From Porphyridium purpureum (lineage: Eukaryota), in assembly GCA_008690995.1 (NCBI GenBank), contig VRMN01000006.1, positions 372,001 to 436,000 of the forward strand: DNA of 64,000 nt. The letters are read 5' to 3'. The notes beneath the pieces were generated by a model. That model worked only from the letters and a program-made list of their open reading frames with translations. It searched no databases and had not been told where the DNA came from. Each line of letters begins with the position of its first letter. Within the stretch, counting starts at the first letter, position 1. The translations under genes were made by a program, and so were the position numbers. Below, in pieces: positions 29,586 through 39,766 of this stretch.

Positions 29586-32500
29586 ATGACGAGGCAGGAC
29601 TTTGCGGATTTCGTGCCGCGGCGGATGGAGGCGCGGAGGCTCAAGGCCGCGACGGGCGTGCAGGCGTCTTGGAACCGGCACGAGCTGGAGCACCGCGCGG
29701 GAAGCAAGCCGCCCGGCGTCGACGCGCCAGACCTCGCGCTCAATGAAGCCGAGCTCTTGGAGATGTCGCCGTTTGCGTACGATGCATTCGAGAACCCGGC
29801 ATGCGGTGTCAGCGGGGCGTGCGCAGTGTGCGGATTCGGAGGGCGCGTGGTGCTTTGCTCGTCGTGCCCATGTGTGTTTCACACGCAGTGCCATGACCCA
29901 GTGATCTCTGAAAGCCTCATATCGGAGACATGGCAATGCAAACGATGTGCCTCGGCGCGCGCGCGCTTCGAGAGAGGCGAAGTGGGCGAGCCTCACGTCA
30001 CAAATGTCATCGAGGCCTTTAACAAGGTTCATGATTACGTAGTAGATGCTAACCCAGTCGCCTTCGTGCTACCCGAGACACTCTTCAGCTTGTACGTGAG
30101 CCAGAACGCCTCATCAGATTGGCTTCGGTGCACAAAGTGCAACAAACAGCGCAGGGTTTTGCCTAACGTGCTGTCCGAATGCCTCCCACGGGCACATCGT
30201 TGTGGCCAGATGTTCTGGACCTCATCTGCATCCTGTAGCGAGCCGGAGGACACAAACTCAGGTCTAGTTGACAATATGCGGCGCTCCCGAGAATTACATC
30301 GCCAAGTGGCGTACGTGTACGCCTTTGGTCCGTTCGAGGTAGATAAGAGCCTGTTTCAGTTGCAGGTGAAGGACAATGCAACGAGGCAGGCAATCAAAGA
30401 CCGCGCAGAAGTCATCGAGCGCAACCTCAAGGACTCGGATCGTCCAGATGAAGAGGCTTGGTCGCGCCTGAGTTTGCCACTGAAGGAGCTCTCGCGCCTC
30501 ACGAGAGCTAATATTGGAAAGCAGATCATGGAGCAGTCTCGCGTCATTTCATCGCAGCCGCCGCACCAGTCGTGTGTGCCCACAAAGCCGCTGATTATGC
30601 CGCCTGGGAGGAACGATTGCGAGCCGAATCTGGGGTCCCTTGTGACACGCGGGTTAACCGGAGCCGCTGGCCTGACTGCAAGACCGCCAGGAAAGCGACC
30701 CGCGGCTGCCATGGCGATGAAGACTCTGGGCCCGCACGATTCAGACGCCGCGGACGACCGTCCTTTGTCAAGTCTGAAAAGGGACCGGAAGTGCGAAATA
30801 GCCCAGGGCTACAACGGGAGCGCGGGAGGTGCGAATGGTGAAGTGGAATCGGGGGCGCCACGCTCTCGAAACCCTTCGGCGATGCCGTCTTGGAACAGTG
30901 GTCGCACCCCCTCCAACGCCTCAAAGCACCCCATCGCGTCACCCGGAGCCGCTGCTGCTTTGGATACCGTTACGCCTTCCCCTGCGCCCAAAGTTCGAAA
31001 AACGGGGTCTGAGTCTGTTGCGGGGAAAGCAAATCGGGGCGCATACACTGCCAACGAGACTGGTGAGCAACTTGACACTCGAAACGAAGTGATTGCAAAG
31101 AATAGCTCTGTCAATAACATGCGTGCGTCCGGCGCAAGATGGGCCCAGCTAGGGCCTGAACACAGAGCTTCACGGACCAGCATGAATGAGAAGCAGTGGA
31201 TTGCTAGTCATGGCACCTTACCCGGTAGCACGTGGGCAGTGGCAGACTACGAAGACCCAGCAGGCCATCAGGACTCTGGGTATCAAACGCAAGTGGCTCG
31301 AGGTGATATTCGTATGCACGTGCCGTTTTGGACTGATGAGCCGCTGCATCAGGACGAACCGTACCAGGGAGGTGCAGTGCCGCGAAGGCCGTTTGCGCCT
31401 CTGCCTCACGCTGGAGCAGAGGTTGAGCTGAATGGAAACAAGCCTGACATGGATGGAAACGCGAATAGCGCGAGCGGCGGTGACTGGGGAAGAGCGGCGC
31501 GATCAAGACCAGACGCGCATTTTTCTGGAGCACCGGCAGACTCACAAATGCCTTATGGCGCGGTGCTCCCTCAGTGGCCCGCGTACGAAGGTCCGGCATT
31601 TGATCCGTACCGTGGTCCATATGACAGCGGATACTCACGCTATCCGCCGTACCCGGCAGAACCTCCGTCAGACGCGATCCCGCCTTTATACGGAAGACAC
31701 AGTATGTCTGTGATACCATCTCCTTACGGCCCGCCGTATGGCGCACCTTACGGCCTGTCTTATAGCCCTGTTCCGCCGTACGGCCCGCCTTACGGCGCGC
31801 CTTACGTTGTACCGGACTACGGCCCAGGTCCAGGTGCACTCCCTGGCAGGGAGTTTGCGCCGCCTCCTTACGAACCCGGCCTATATGCTGGGTCTGGCGT
31901 TGGCAGCGGTCTGCATCGAAGCCTGGGCGAGGGCGAAAGCGATTATCCGTTCTCGCAAAACGGGTGGGGGGATGAATACGCAAGCATGCCGAGGTCGGGT
32001 CCGGGTGACGAGCGTGTGCATTATGAGCAATATTATCCTTATCGTGGTCTCGCACGGACAAGGGATAGACGGCCCAGGTCGGCCGATCCTTCATATGCAT
32101 CCTCGCGGTATGCGCCGGCCTCATTTATTTACGGGCCGCAATACGGTGGGCCAGCAAATGAATCGGGCGCTGATCATCAAGCTTCGGCCATGGTTGCTCC
32201 TGCTGCTGCGAGCACGCAGGAGGACGCTGCGGTACGAAAGGGCAGCGCACCAAGAACAGAAATGCTCGATACTGCGCAGCCCGCTGTAACGCCAGTTGAG
32301 TCTAGCGAAGTAGCAGCCCATGCGTTACCAGAGAAAGTTGGGAGTATGGGAAGCGCACACAGCAAAGAACAGCAAAACTCTGCACAGCCTGCCATTGCGC
32401 CGGTGCAGTCCGGCGATCAAGCTGCTCTCGCGCATTTCGGCAAGGCGGGCATAGCTGAGCGCGCGGCAAGCGCATATGGGCTAGACACTGCGCGGCCTAG

Positions 32501-33104
32501 TACCCCGCCAGTAAACGCTAGCGAACAGACAGCGCACGCGCGGCCAGGTGATGGGAGAACAGTTGAAAGCACTGCTAGCTCTGAAAGGCCTTGCACCGCG
32601 CAGCCCGTTCCGCTGCAGGAGGGCGGTCGAGATGCTCGTGGTCAAGGTGATCTCCAAGAAGGAAGACATCTTCTGGGACCCACATCTGCAGGTCTATCTG
32701 ACGGAGGGCCTTCGTCGGCATCTGCGCGACTGGTACGCGCAGGCGCTTCCTCGCTAAGTTTGAAGGAGACTGAAGCGGAAGCATCACAACTGCAAGGATC
32801 TATGTTCAGCCGTGGCTCTTCTCACGGAATGGAAGGTGTGAATTTGGATACAGAAAATCCTGTGCGAGTAGCTCATTCACTTATGCGTCAAACCAGTGGC
32901 GCCGTTAACTCTGCGGATGCCAAGAAGACCGTTCTGGCGATCATTGGCAGTCTGGATTTGTCCACCGAGGCCGAGAATACGGCCATCGACTTGGCTCTCG
33001 CTCGAGATCACGAACTCATGTCGCTTTTTGACGCGTTTGGCGCGTACCCCGACCGCTTCAAGCGCCACTTGCTACGACTGATTCAAATCCGTAATGGAAA
33101 CTAG
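29586..33104 (+). CDS. Chromatin-reader-like protein with PHD finger, CW-type zinc finger, Pro/Tyr/Gly-rich region and small C-terminal helical domain; start uncertain (possibly 29180 via an intron)
   Basis: PHD CAVCGFGGRVVLCSSCPCVFHTQC...WQCKRC; CW WLRCTKCNKQRR.LP...C..MFW....CSEPED; the frame is open from about 29244. Confidence 0.85.
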   Translation: MTRQDFADFVPRRMEARRLKAATGVQASWNRHELEHRAGSKPPGVDAPDLALNEAELLEMSPFAYDAFENPACGVSGACAVCGFGGRVVLCSSCPCVFHTQCHDPVISESLISETWQCKRCASARARFERGEVGEPHVTNVIEAFNKVHDYVVDANPVAFVLPETLFSLYVSQNASSDWLRCTKCNKQRRVLPNVLSECLPRAHRCGQMFWTSSASCSEPEDTNSGLVDNMRRSRELHRQVAYVYAFGPFEVDKSLFQLQVKDNATRQAIKDRAEVIERNLKDSDRPDEEAWSRLSLPLKELSRLTRANIGKQIMEQSRVISSQPPHQSCVPTKPLIMPPGRNDCEPNLGSLVTRGLTGAAGLTARPPGKRPAAAMAMKTLGPHDSDAADDRPLSSLKRDRKCEIAQGYNGSAGGANGEVESGAPRSRNPSAMPSWNSGRTPSNASKHPIASPGAAAALDTVTPSPAPKVRKTGSESVAGKANRGAYTANETGEQLDTRNEVIAKNSSVNNMRASGARWAQLGPEHRASRTSMNEKQWIASHGTLPGSTWAVADYEDPAGHQDSGYQTQVARGDIRMHVPFWTDEPLHQDEPYQGGAVPRRPFAPLPHAGAEVELNGNKPDMDGNANSASGGDWGRAARSRPDAHFSGAPADSQMPYGAVLPQWPAYEGPAFDPYRGPYDSGYSRYPPYPAEPPSDAIPPLYGRHSMSVIPSPYGPPYGAPYGLSYSPVPPYGPPYGAPYVVPDYGPGPGALPGREFAPPPYEPGLYAGSGVGSGLHRSLGEGESDYPFSQNGWGDEYASMPRSGPGDERVHYEQYYPYRGLARTRDRRPRSADPSYASSRYAPASFIYGPQYGGPANESGADHQASAMVAPAAASTQEDAAVRKGSAPRTEMLDTAQPAVTPVESSEVAAHALPEKVGSMGSAHSKEQQNSAQPAIAPVQSGDQAALAHFGKAGIAERAASAYGLDTARPSTPPVNASEQTAHARPGDGRTVESTASSERPCTAQPVPLQEGGRDARGQGDLQEGRHLLGPTSAGLSDGGPSSASARLVRAGASSLSLKETEAEASQLQGSMFSRGSSHGMEGVNLDTENPVRVAHSLMRQTSGAVNSADAKKTVLAIIGSLDLSTEAENTAIDLALARDHELMSLFDAFGAYPDRFKRHLLRLIQIRNGN

Positions 33105-33231
33105 CTTCGCGAAGCGGGAAGTCTCTCGGTTTGAAGAGTGAAAGAGGTTTTACTTGTCCGAAATCGAGGAATATTGGTGGATTTGAATCGCCCTGAATGC
33201 GTTGTTGCCCACTGCACATGCGAAATACCAG

Positions 33232-34707
33232 TCAGCTTTTAATTCGCTCTGCGAGATATTGTGAGACGTGCATGACAATACGGGACGCATTCACAGTAAT
33301 ATTCGAGTTCCCATATGAGACCTGTGGATTGGTAAGGCCAATATATTTCACCTTGTTCCTTGCTGCAGTTCCGGAATACCACATTTCAGCACCTGGTGCC
33401 CCGATATGAATGGCAAGACTGCCGCTTCGCATAAACATCATATTTGTGAATCCAGCGCCGTGAATACCAATGACGACATCGGCGTCCGAGAACGTGCAGA
33501 TCGTCTGTCGTACGGTAGGCACGGGTGGAAACAAGGTGACGTTGTGCTCGTTGCCGAAGTGAGCAAGTAAAGTGTCATAGACCTCCGCAATGTTCCCCAT
33601 ACACCGCTTGGTGTAGCACTCCGGGTGTGACACGTTCACCATGCGGCGCACCATCAAAACGATCTTCTTGCGCGAGGACGATTCTCCTTTCAGCTCGCAC
33701 TTGACGCCCTTTCTCAGTGCATTCACCACGTCAGACTTTCCTGGGCGCGGGCACGTCCCAGGAAACCTGTCAGAGGGTGCCTCGGGGCCTGGGGGAACCA
33801 TCAGCTCCTCTACAAATACATAACCACGCGGAAATTGAAGGTTATTTTCAGAGTGGTTTGTGGGCAGCAATACTTTGGCATGGTCCGGAATGCCGAGAGG
33901 CTCGAGCCACTGAGTCGCTGGCCAAATAGACGGATCATCCCCGGAGACCGCAAACAGCGCTTTCAGTTCTGGGTCGCCACCTGGTGCGAACCGATCCGCG
34001 ACCATCATGACGCGTGGCACCACTTGCCCAATGAAGTGGTAGAAAGTCGAACCATGATGATGCACGAACGAAATAGCGCGCTTCACGACAACATATTTTT
34101 TTGTTGAAACGCCAGGGCTGAGCGTGCCTGGTCCTCGACGCGCAATTCGTAGGGCACGCTGCCATGAAGGGAAACAGCAACCGCCGCCTGTTTCGGCAAA
34201 CCATGCAGGGGACGAGCTTTCGGGACGATACACTTGACCGTCGGAGTTGACGAAGACATTGCGAAGTACCAGCACGGGCAAGACAAGAGGCTCGCCACTG
34301 GTAGATGAGGGCGGCGCTGGTCCGGACTTCCATCGGCACTCCATGCTACGCACATCCATGCCTGGAGGGAGGTCCTTGCGCCGGCGCGCAGACTTCCATG
34401 AGGACACTTCCGCCGGGTTGGTTGGCAGGACATCGAAGCCTCGAAGAGACAACTCGTGCTCCAGCGATGCCGGCTGATTCCAAAGGTACATCTGGGTTGT
34501 CGCGCGCTCGTCCAGCGCAAACAGCCGCGTGGTGAAACCGAGCGCTACGCCGGCTCGATCTGCCCTAGATTCATTGTAGCCCGGGCAGCAGGCAGTTCCA
34601 TTGATCCGACTTGCTTCAACTGACACGCTCGCGAACCATGCGGCAGCTAACACTAGCGGCCAGACCATGAATACCGCCATACTCCTCCCGTCAACGCGTC
34701 CATCCAT
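33232..34707 (-). CDS. Glycosyltransferase family 61 (DUF563) protein
   Basis: Signal/anchor segment; TFYHFIGQVVP; QTICTFSDADVVIGIHGAGFTNMMFM is the GT61 signature. Confidence 0.88.
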   Translation of the reverse strand: MDGRVDGRSMAVFMVWPLVLAAAWFASVSVEASRINGTACCPGYNESRADRAGVALGFTTRLFALDERATTQMYLWNQPASLEHELSLRGFDVLPTNPAEVSSWKSARRRKDLPPGMDVRSMECRWKSGPAPPSSTSGEPLVLPVLVLRNVFVNSDGQVYRPESSSPAWFAETGGGCCFPSWQRALRIARRGPGTLSPGVSTKKYVVVKRAISFVHHHGSTFYHFIGQVVPRVMMVADRFAPGGDPELKALFAVSGDDPSIWPATQWLEPLGIPDHAKVLLPTNHSENNLQFPRGYVFVEELMVPPGPEAPSDRFPGTCPRPGKSDVVNALRKGVKCELKGESSSRKKIVLMVRRMVNVSHPECYTKRCMGNIAEVYDTLLAHFGNEHNVTLFPPVPTVRQTICTFSDADVVIGIHGAGFTNMMFMRSGSLAIHIGAPGAEMWYSGTAARNKVKYIGLTNPQVSYGNSNITVNASRIVMHVSQYLAERIKS

Positions 34708-35400
34708 CTCGTCGCTATTTAATTCCGCCCGCCGATGTGCGTGTCGGAGCACGCGAGAATAAGGCGAGAAATCGTTGCGCCGGGGTCTCTGCTGCAGCCT
34801 GAACTTGGGAGTTCAGTGCGTGATGCAGGAGTGAGGTGCACGCGGCGCGCAGGATTCGTCTCCCACAATCCGTACGGAAGCAGATGTGGTTGCCTATTAA
34901 GACGAGAGGCACACGCAGTGCGGCACGGTTACATGGCGTTCAGCTAACAGTCTTCTGCGGCGTATCGTGTAAAAGGTTCCTCTTCATCAAGCCCAAAGTG
35001 TAGAGCGGCGCGGATGATGGAAAATCATCGTCCACACGAGAAGACTACCCGTGTGGTAGCCGTCCGCGAGCGCATCCCAACAGCGGTTGGCCATAAAGTC
35101 CTCGGTCCCGCAGCGTGTACGATCCTCTAAAGTTTCGCCCAGCTTGAGCAGTACTTCCCGACAGCGTGCCGTGAGCAAGTCGTGTTTAGGAGCAAGCGCG
35201 ACAGCCAGGGCGGTAGCTGGCTTGAGGTGCGGAAGGCCTCTGTACAGGAAGCCCCATACCAAAACCACCCGAGCGCTCGTCTTCCTTCCTGGCTGCCCGC
35301 GCTTTTATCCTACCTCACGCTCCCTTGATGGTTCGCGGCAGCGCAGACACGTTGTTGGCGCTGTATGTGTGAGGCAAGCGTGTATCGGGGAGAAGGGAGG

Positions 35401-36540
35401 ATGCGAGCGACGGCGGTGATTTGTTTGCTGCTGGGACTGTCTCTGGCATGTGGAAGCCTGGTCCCGCGGGTGAGCGCAAAACCTGTGGTTGCAGGAGCGG
35501 GTGGGTCCCAGGCGCGGCACAGCCGTGGCAGCGTGGAACAGCTGAAGCGGCGCAAGGTAGAGCTCGAGGCCGTGCTGAAGGAGATTGATGCAAACAATAC
35601 ACAGTTGGAAAAGCAAGTGAAGCGTGCGGCACAGAACCTGCGCAGAGAGCTGAGCGTGCTCAACTTGACGGAACAAAGCCTCGATGATCATCGCATGGGG
35701 CAGGACGAGGCGAACGTGCAGCGCATGCAGCAGACCCGAACGACTCTGGAGAATAACCTGTCTGACGCGCGCGAAGAACTACGGCAAGCTTTGCGCGAGA
35801 AGGACCTCCTGAGTATGAAGATGTCGCGGCTGTCGTTGCAGGACGTTCTCAGCTCAAAGTCCGAAAATTGGTCTCCGCTCAGCCGCGAGATGTACAAGCA
35901 TGCGCAGGCTCTGGTTCCAAGCGCCAGGCAATCTGTGCAAGGGGCACGGGCGTATGCGCGCGAGCTCTCGCAAAAATCTGCAGCCTCTTCAGTTCTCGTC
36001 CCATTAAGCCTGTTTGCTGTGCTTCTCGTATTGGCCGCGGGCTGCATTTATCTTTTGTGCGCGCTGCGGAGGACGTCACGTAGCTTTACGGTTGAAAGTA
36101 CGATCCTTGTTGTCGATATCGCGGCTGCTGCGTATTGGGTTTGCAATGCGTGTCTTTACGTAGCCCTCGGCGGCAATGATGCTCTGTGTCTTATTAGCCT
36201 CCACCATCCCGAGGCGTTCTTCGGTCTGCAAGTGATTATCTTGATACTAGGGGCAGCCTACCTTGGCATGCGCATCGTGCTTGTGTCGATAACATTGCAT
36301 CTCAACGATACACTTGAGCTCATGCTCGTCCTCAGCGCAAGTGTGCATTACTTCTTGAACGGCTGGAGCTCCGTACTGCTTCAGAATAGCGAAACGAGCA
36401 GTTCAAGCTCGTCTTCGAACGTTTTACACTATGTGCTTTATGCGGGCCTATTCAGCGTGGCAGCACTCCTCCGATCTATGCGTGTTCGTGAATATACGCT
36501 GCCGATTTTTGCTGACGTGATGGACGGGAAGTTCAAGTAA
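35401..36540 (+). CDS. Hypothetical membrane protein: signal peptide, long coiled coil, about 5 C-terminal TM helices
   Basis: MRATAVICLLLGLSLACG; heptad-rich region; multiple hydrophobic stretches; terminal GKFK resembles a di-lysine ER-retrieval signal. Confidence 0.8.
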   Translation: MRATAVICLLLGLSLACGSLVPRVSAKPVVAGAGGSQARHSRGSVEQLKRRKVELEAVLKEIDANNTQLEKQVKRAAQNLRRELSVLNLTEQSLDDHRMGQDEANVQRMQQTRTTLENNLSDAREELRQALREKDLLSMKMSRLSLQDVLSSKSENWSPLSREMYKHAQALVPSARQSVQGARAYARELSQKSAASSVLVPLSLFAVLLVLAAGCIYLLCALRRTSRSFTVESTILVVDIAAAAYWVCNACLYVALGGNDALCLISLHHPEAFFGLQVIILILGAAYLGMRIVLVSITLHLNDTLELMLVLSASVHYFLNGWSSVLLQNSETSSSSSSSNVLHYVLYAGLFSVAALLRSMRVREYTLPIFADVMDGKFK

Positions 36541-37303
36541 AGAAAAATCTGAACGCATCAGCGACGACTGGCTCATACACCTATTCCTCAATCGTATCAG
36601 TGACCGGCCTAACGCTCCTCCACTATCCCTGAGCCGCTGAGATGACGACGGAGCATATCTAAGACACCGGTCTTGAGATAACGCCGGAAACTCCACGCAT
36701 CTCGGCCATGAATTTCATATTACTTCGACTTGTTTAGCGCGGGAAAGACAACTCTTGGACCTCCATCCTCGATGCGCAACATTTCGATGTTTCCATCGGC
36801 CCGTGCCAGACATTCACCCGGTACATCTTTGCGAACTGAGGTGGTATATAAATCTGCTGATCGCGCGCGACGCGCTGGCCATTGGGCGCAGTCGCTCCCA
36901 CGTGCTCCTGTATGACAGTGACATCATCCAGCAGCAGGCGTCGCCGACGTCAGATTTTTTCGTGTTCACCCGGCACCTTCGCTTAGGCTCGTCCAAGTCT
37001 ATGTCTGTTGGTCACTGCAGCAATGTTTTCGGCTGAGAGCTGCAACGTTCGAGAGAGCCGCACAAGTATACCGCCATGACGGTGTGCCGCGACAAAGCCA
37101 AACGGCGCCCTCCGGCCCTGGAGCGATGTCATCTTTTTCTTTATGTATGAGAGGCAGTCAGGCAATGGCTACGAGTACATGGGAGTGAGGGGCTCAGCCC
37201 CGGCGGCAGGCGGCCCATGGATGGATACTAGTGTCCCTGGGTCTATCAGCTTGCTGTATCATGGCAGTCAATCCACCCGGAGAAAGAAACCGTGCCCGTC
37301 GCA

Positions 37304-39475
37304 TCACTCTGTGCCTTTAGAGTCATCAAAAGGGCTGGGGACTGTCGCCGGATTTGGCGGCGGTGCCTTCTCCGACTCACCATCAACCTGGAAACAGTGG
37401 TAAACCTGACACGTCCGCGCCGGAAGATACAGCTGCAAGTAGTTGGGGCGTCCGTTCCACGACTCATTTCGTGTGTGATGAACAACATCCCACGCTACGC
37501 GGCCCTGGCCATCCACATTCTTTCCGTCCGAGTCTAGCACCAGAGCGTACTTGCCCGGCCAGAACGTGCCAATGCGGTAGTCCGTGTAAGACTGCGAGTG
37601 GTGGAAGTTGAACACGAACAAGTTGCGGTCGCCGCGCTCAAAAACAATCACGTGGTCGTCCTTCTTGGACAGCACAACATATTGATGGTTATTCGGCCGG
37701 CAGAAGGGGTAGAGTTCCTCGCAGATGTGCATCAGGCGCTCCCACTCATACATAAATTTGTACCGGAGCGAGGGATTATCCCGCAAGTCCCAGCGCCTGC
37801 GGGCGTGATGGTAGCTCCAGCCGTTGCCCTCACGGGGAAAATCAATCCATTCCGGGTGACCAAACTCGTTACCCATAAAAGTCAAGTAGCCCTCGCCGCC
37901 GAGGCCGTACGTCAAGAGGCGCAACATTTTGTGCAAGGCTATGCCGCGCTCAATTGCAGGCGAAGGAAACTGATCAACTGACATGTTCGTGTACATTTCC
38001 TTGTCCATGAGCCAGAATGCAAGCGTCTTGTCGCCCACCATGGCTTGGTCGTGTGACTCGGCGTACGCAATGGTGTATTCGTTGTATCGACGATTCGTCA
38101 AGGTGAACGTCAGGTTGCCCATGTCCCAGTCTTCGTCCTTGAACTTCTCGAGCAATTCAATATACTTGTCGGGAATGCTCATGGCCAAGCGGTAGTCAAA
38201 CCCAAGCCCGCCTTCTGCCACGGGCCGACACAGTGTGGGCATACCGGAAACATCCTCGCCAATCGTGATTGTAGAATCCGGGTGCAGCGAGTGCAGCAGT
38301 TCGTTTGCAATCATGAAGTACACGCATGCATCCATGTCCACATGGAAACCAAAGTACTCGGATAGACCTCCAGCGAACGTTTGCCCGATGCCGTGGTGCT
38401 TGTAGAGCATGCTTGTGACGCCGTCGAAGCGGAAACCGTCAAAATGGAACTCGTCTACCCACCAGCGCAAATTGCTCAGCAAAAAGCGGATCACTTCCCA
38501 GTTTCCATAATTGAACAGCCTCGAGTCCCACAGTGAATGTCGGCCCATACCGCCTTCGTGAAAGTAACACGAGTCCGTACCGTCAAACTGGTTCAGCCCG
38601 TCCATGGAGTTATTCGATGAGTGCGAATGGACGATGTCCAGCATGACAAAGATACCCATCGCATGCGCCGTGTCGACGAGCTTCTTCAGGTCCTCTGGCG
38701 TCCCGAATCTGGACGACGGCGCGAAAAAGTTGGTGACATGGTACCCAAACGAAGCGTAGTACGAGTGCTCCATGATGGCCATGATCTGAATGGCATTGTA
38801 GCCGGTCTTTTTGATCGCGGGGAGCACATCTTTGGTGAACTCTGCATAGGTACCAACCTTGCAATCCGCCGTCGCCATCCCAATGTGGCATTCGTATATC
38901 CGCATGGAGCCGGGCTTCTTGACATGGTCGGGCGCAGCCCACTTGTACTTTTCTGCCTTTGGCGGATTCCAGAAAACTGTATCGTACAAGAAAGTGTCCG
39001 GGTTTTGAAGCGCATACTTAGTCCAGGCAAAGTTACGGTCGAGGCGCATGCCCCCCGGGGTGACAATGCACAGCTTGATCTTGCTGTTGTGGGGCACGGC
39101 CCAGTCATCCGTACTTCCCTCGGCTTTCTTCAGCACGGTAGACCATACCCCAAACTCGTCCTTCTGCAGAGGATACTGCGTGCGGTTCCACTGGTTGAAG
39201 TCTCCAAAGACAAACACCTCCTTCGCGCCGGGCGCCCACTCCTTGATCAGCACGTCCCCGCCGCTTTTCTCCACGGGCACGATGCCCATGCGCTTGTACG
39301 AGTTGGAGAACTCTGCGACCGATCCCTCTGCTGCCTCGATCCGCTGCTTGAGGGAGGTATACTGGCTGAAGCGGTACCTGATCGCGTCTGCGAACGGCTC
39401 GAGCATCTTGTCGCCGCCCACGACGGCCGTGCCATCCGTCTTGTCCTTCCAGGCCTCATAGTGCGGGTCCCCCAT
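37304..39475 (-). CDS. GBE1: 1,4-alpha-glucan (floridean starch) branching enzyme, GH13, cytosolic
   Basis: EWAPGA, IYECHIG, SFGYHVTNFFA, DIVHSH, FDGFRFDGVTSM, GEDVSG, YAESHDQ, FMGNEFGHPEWIDFPR; no transit peptide before ATG 39475. Confidence 0.97.
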   Translation of the reverse strand: MGDPHYEAWKDKTDGTAVVGGDKMLEPFADAIRYRFSQYTSLKQRIEAAEGSVAEFSNSYKRMGIVPVEKSGGDVLIKEWAPGAKEVFVFGDFNQWNRTQYPLQKDEFGVWSTVLKKAEGSTDDWAVPHNSKIKLCIVTPGGMRLDRNFAWTKYALQNPDTFLYDTVFWNPPKAEKYKWAAPDHVKKPGSMRIYECHIGMATADCKVGTYAEFTKDVLPAIKKTGYNAIQIMAIMEHSYYASFGYHVTNFFAPSSRFGTPEDLKKLVDTAHAMGIFVMLDIVHSHSSNNSMDGLNQFDGTDSCYFHEGGMGRHSLWDSRLFNYGNWEVIRFLLSNLRWWVDEFHFDGFRFDGVTSMLYKHHGIGQTFAGGLSEYFGFHVDMDACVYFMIANELLHSLHPDSTITIGEDVSGMPTLCRPVAEGGLGFDYRLAMSIPDKYIELLEKFKDEDWDMGNLTFTLTNRRYNEYTIAYAESHDQAMVGDKTLAFWLMDKEMYTNMSVDQFPSPAIERGIALHKMLRLLTYGLGGEGYLTFMGNEFGHPEWIDFPREGNGWSYHHARRRWDLRDNPSLRYKFMYEWERLMHICEELYPFCRPNNHQYVVLSKKDDHVIVFERGDRNLFVFNFHHSQSYTDYRIGTFWPGKYALVLDSDGKNVDGQGRVAWDVVHHTRNESWNGRPNYLQLYLPARTCQVYHCFQVDGESEKAPPPNPATVPSPFDDSKGTE

Positions 39476-39766
39476 TGTCTTTGTCGCGCGCGTTCCACCC
39501 AGCCCCCTGCCCACGCGCCACCAGCCACGCACAGCCACACACCCCCAGCCACTCCCGCACACCCTCGATCGGTCGCGCTGCTGCCGCACTGCGTCTGCGT
39601 GCGTGCCAGGAGATTTTCAATCTCGTTTGCCAACGGGTTTGTGGGTAGGGTACAGTCATCCGTTGCGAGCGTGCGCCGACTTTATGGGGGGAAACCTTTA
39701 CGGCTGCGAGGCAGCTGGTGCGCACGTGTCTGTCCGCGGCTGTGCGGCGCTGGCCCGCGCAGCGTC

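Noticed and set aside
34987..35268. 93-aa minus-strand ORF
   Set aside because: Non-ATG start and no recognisable motif.
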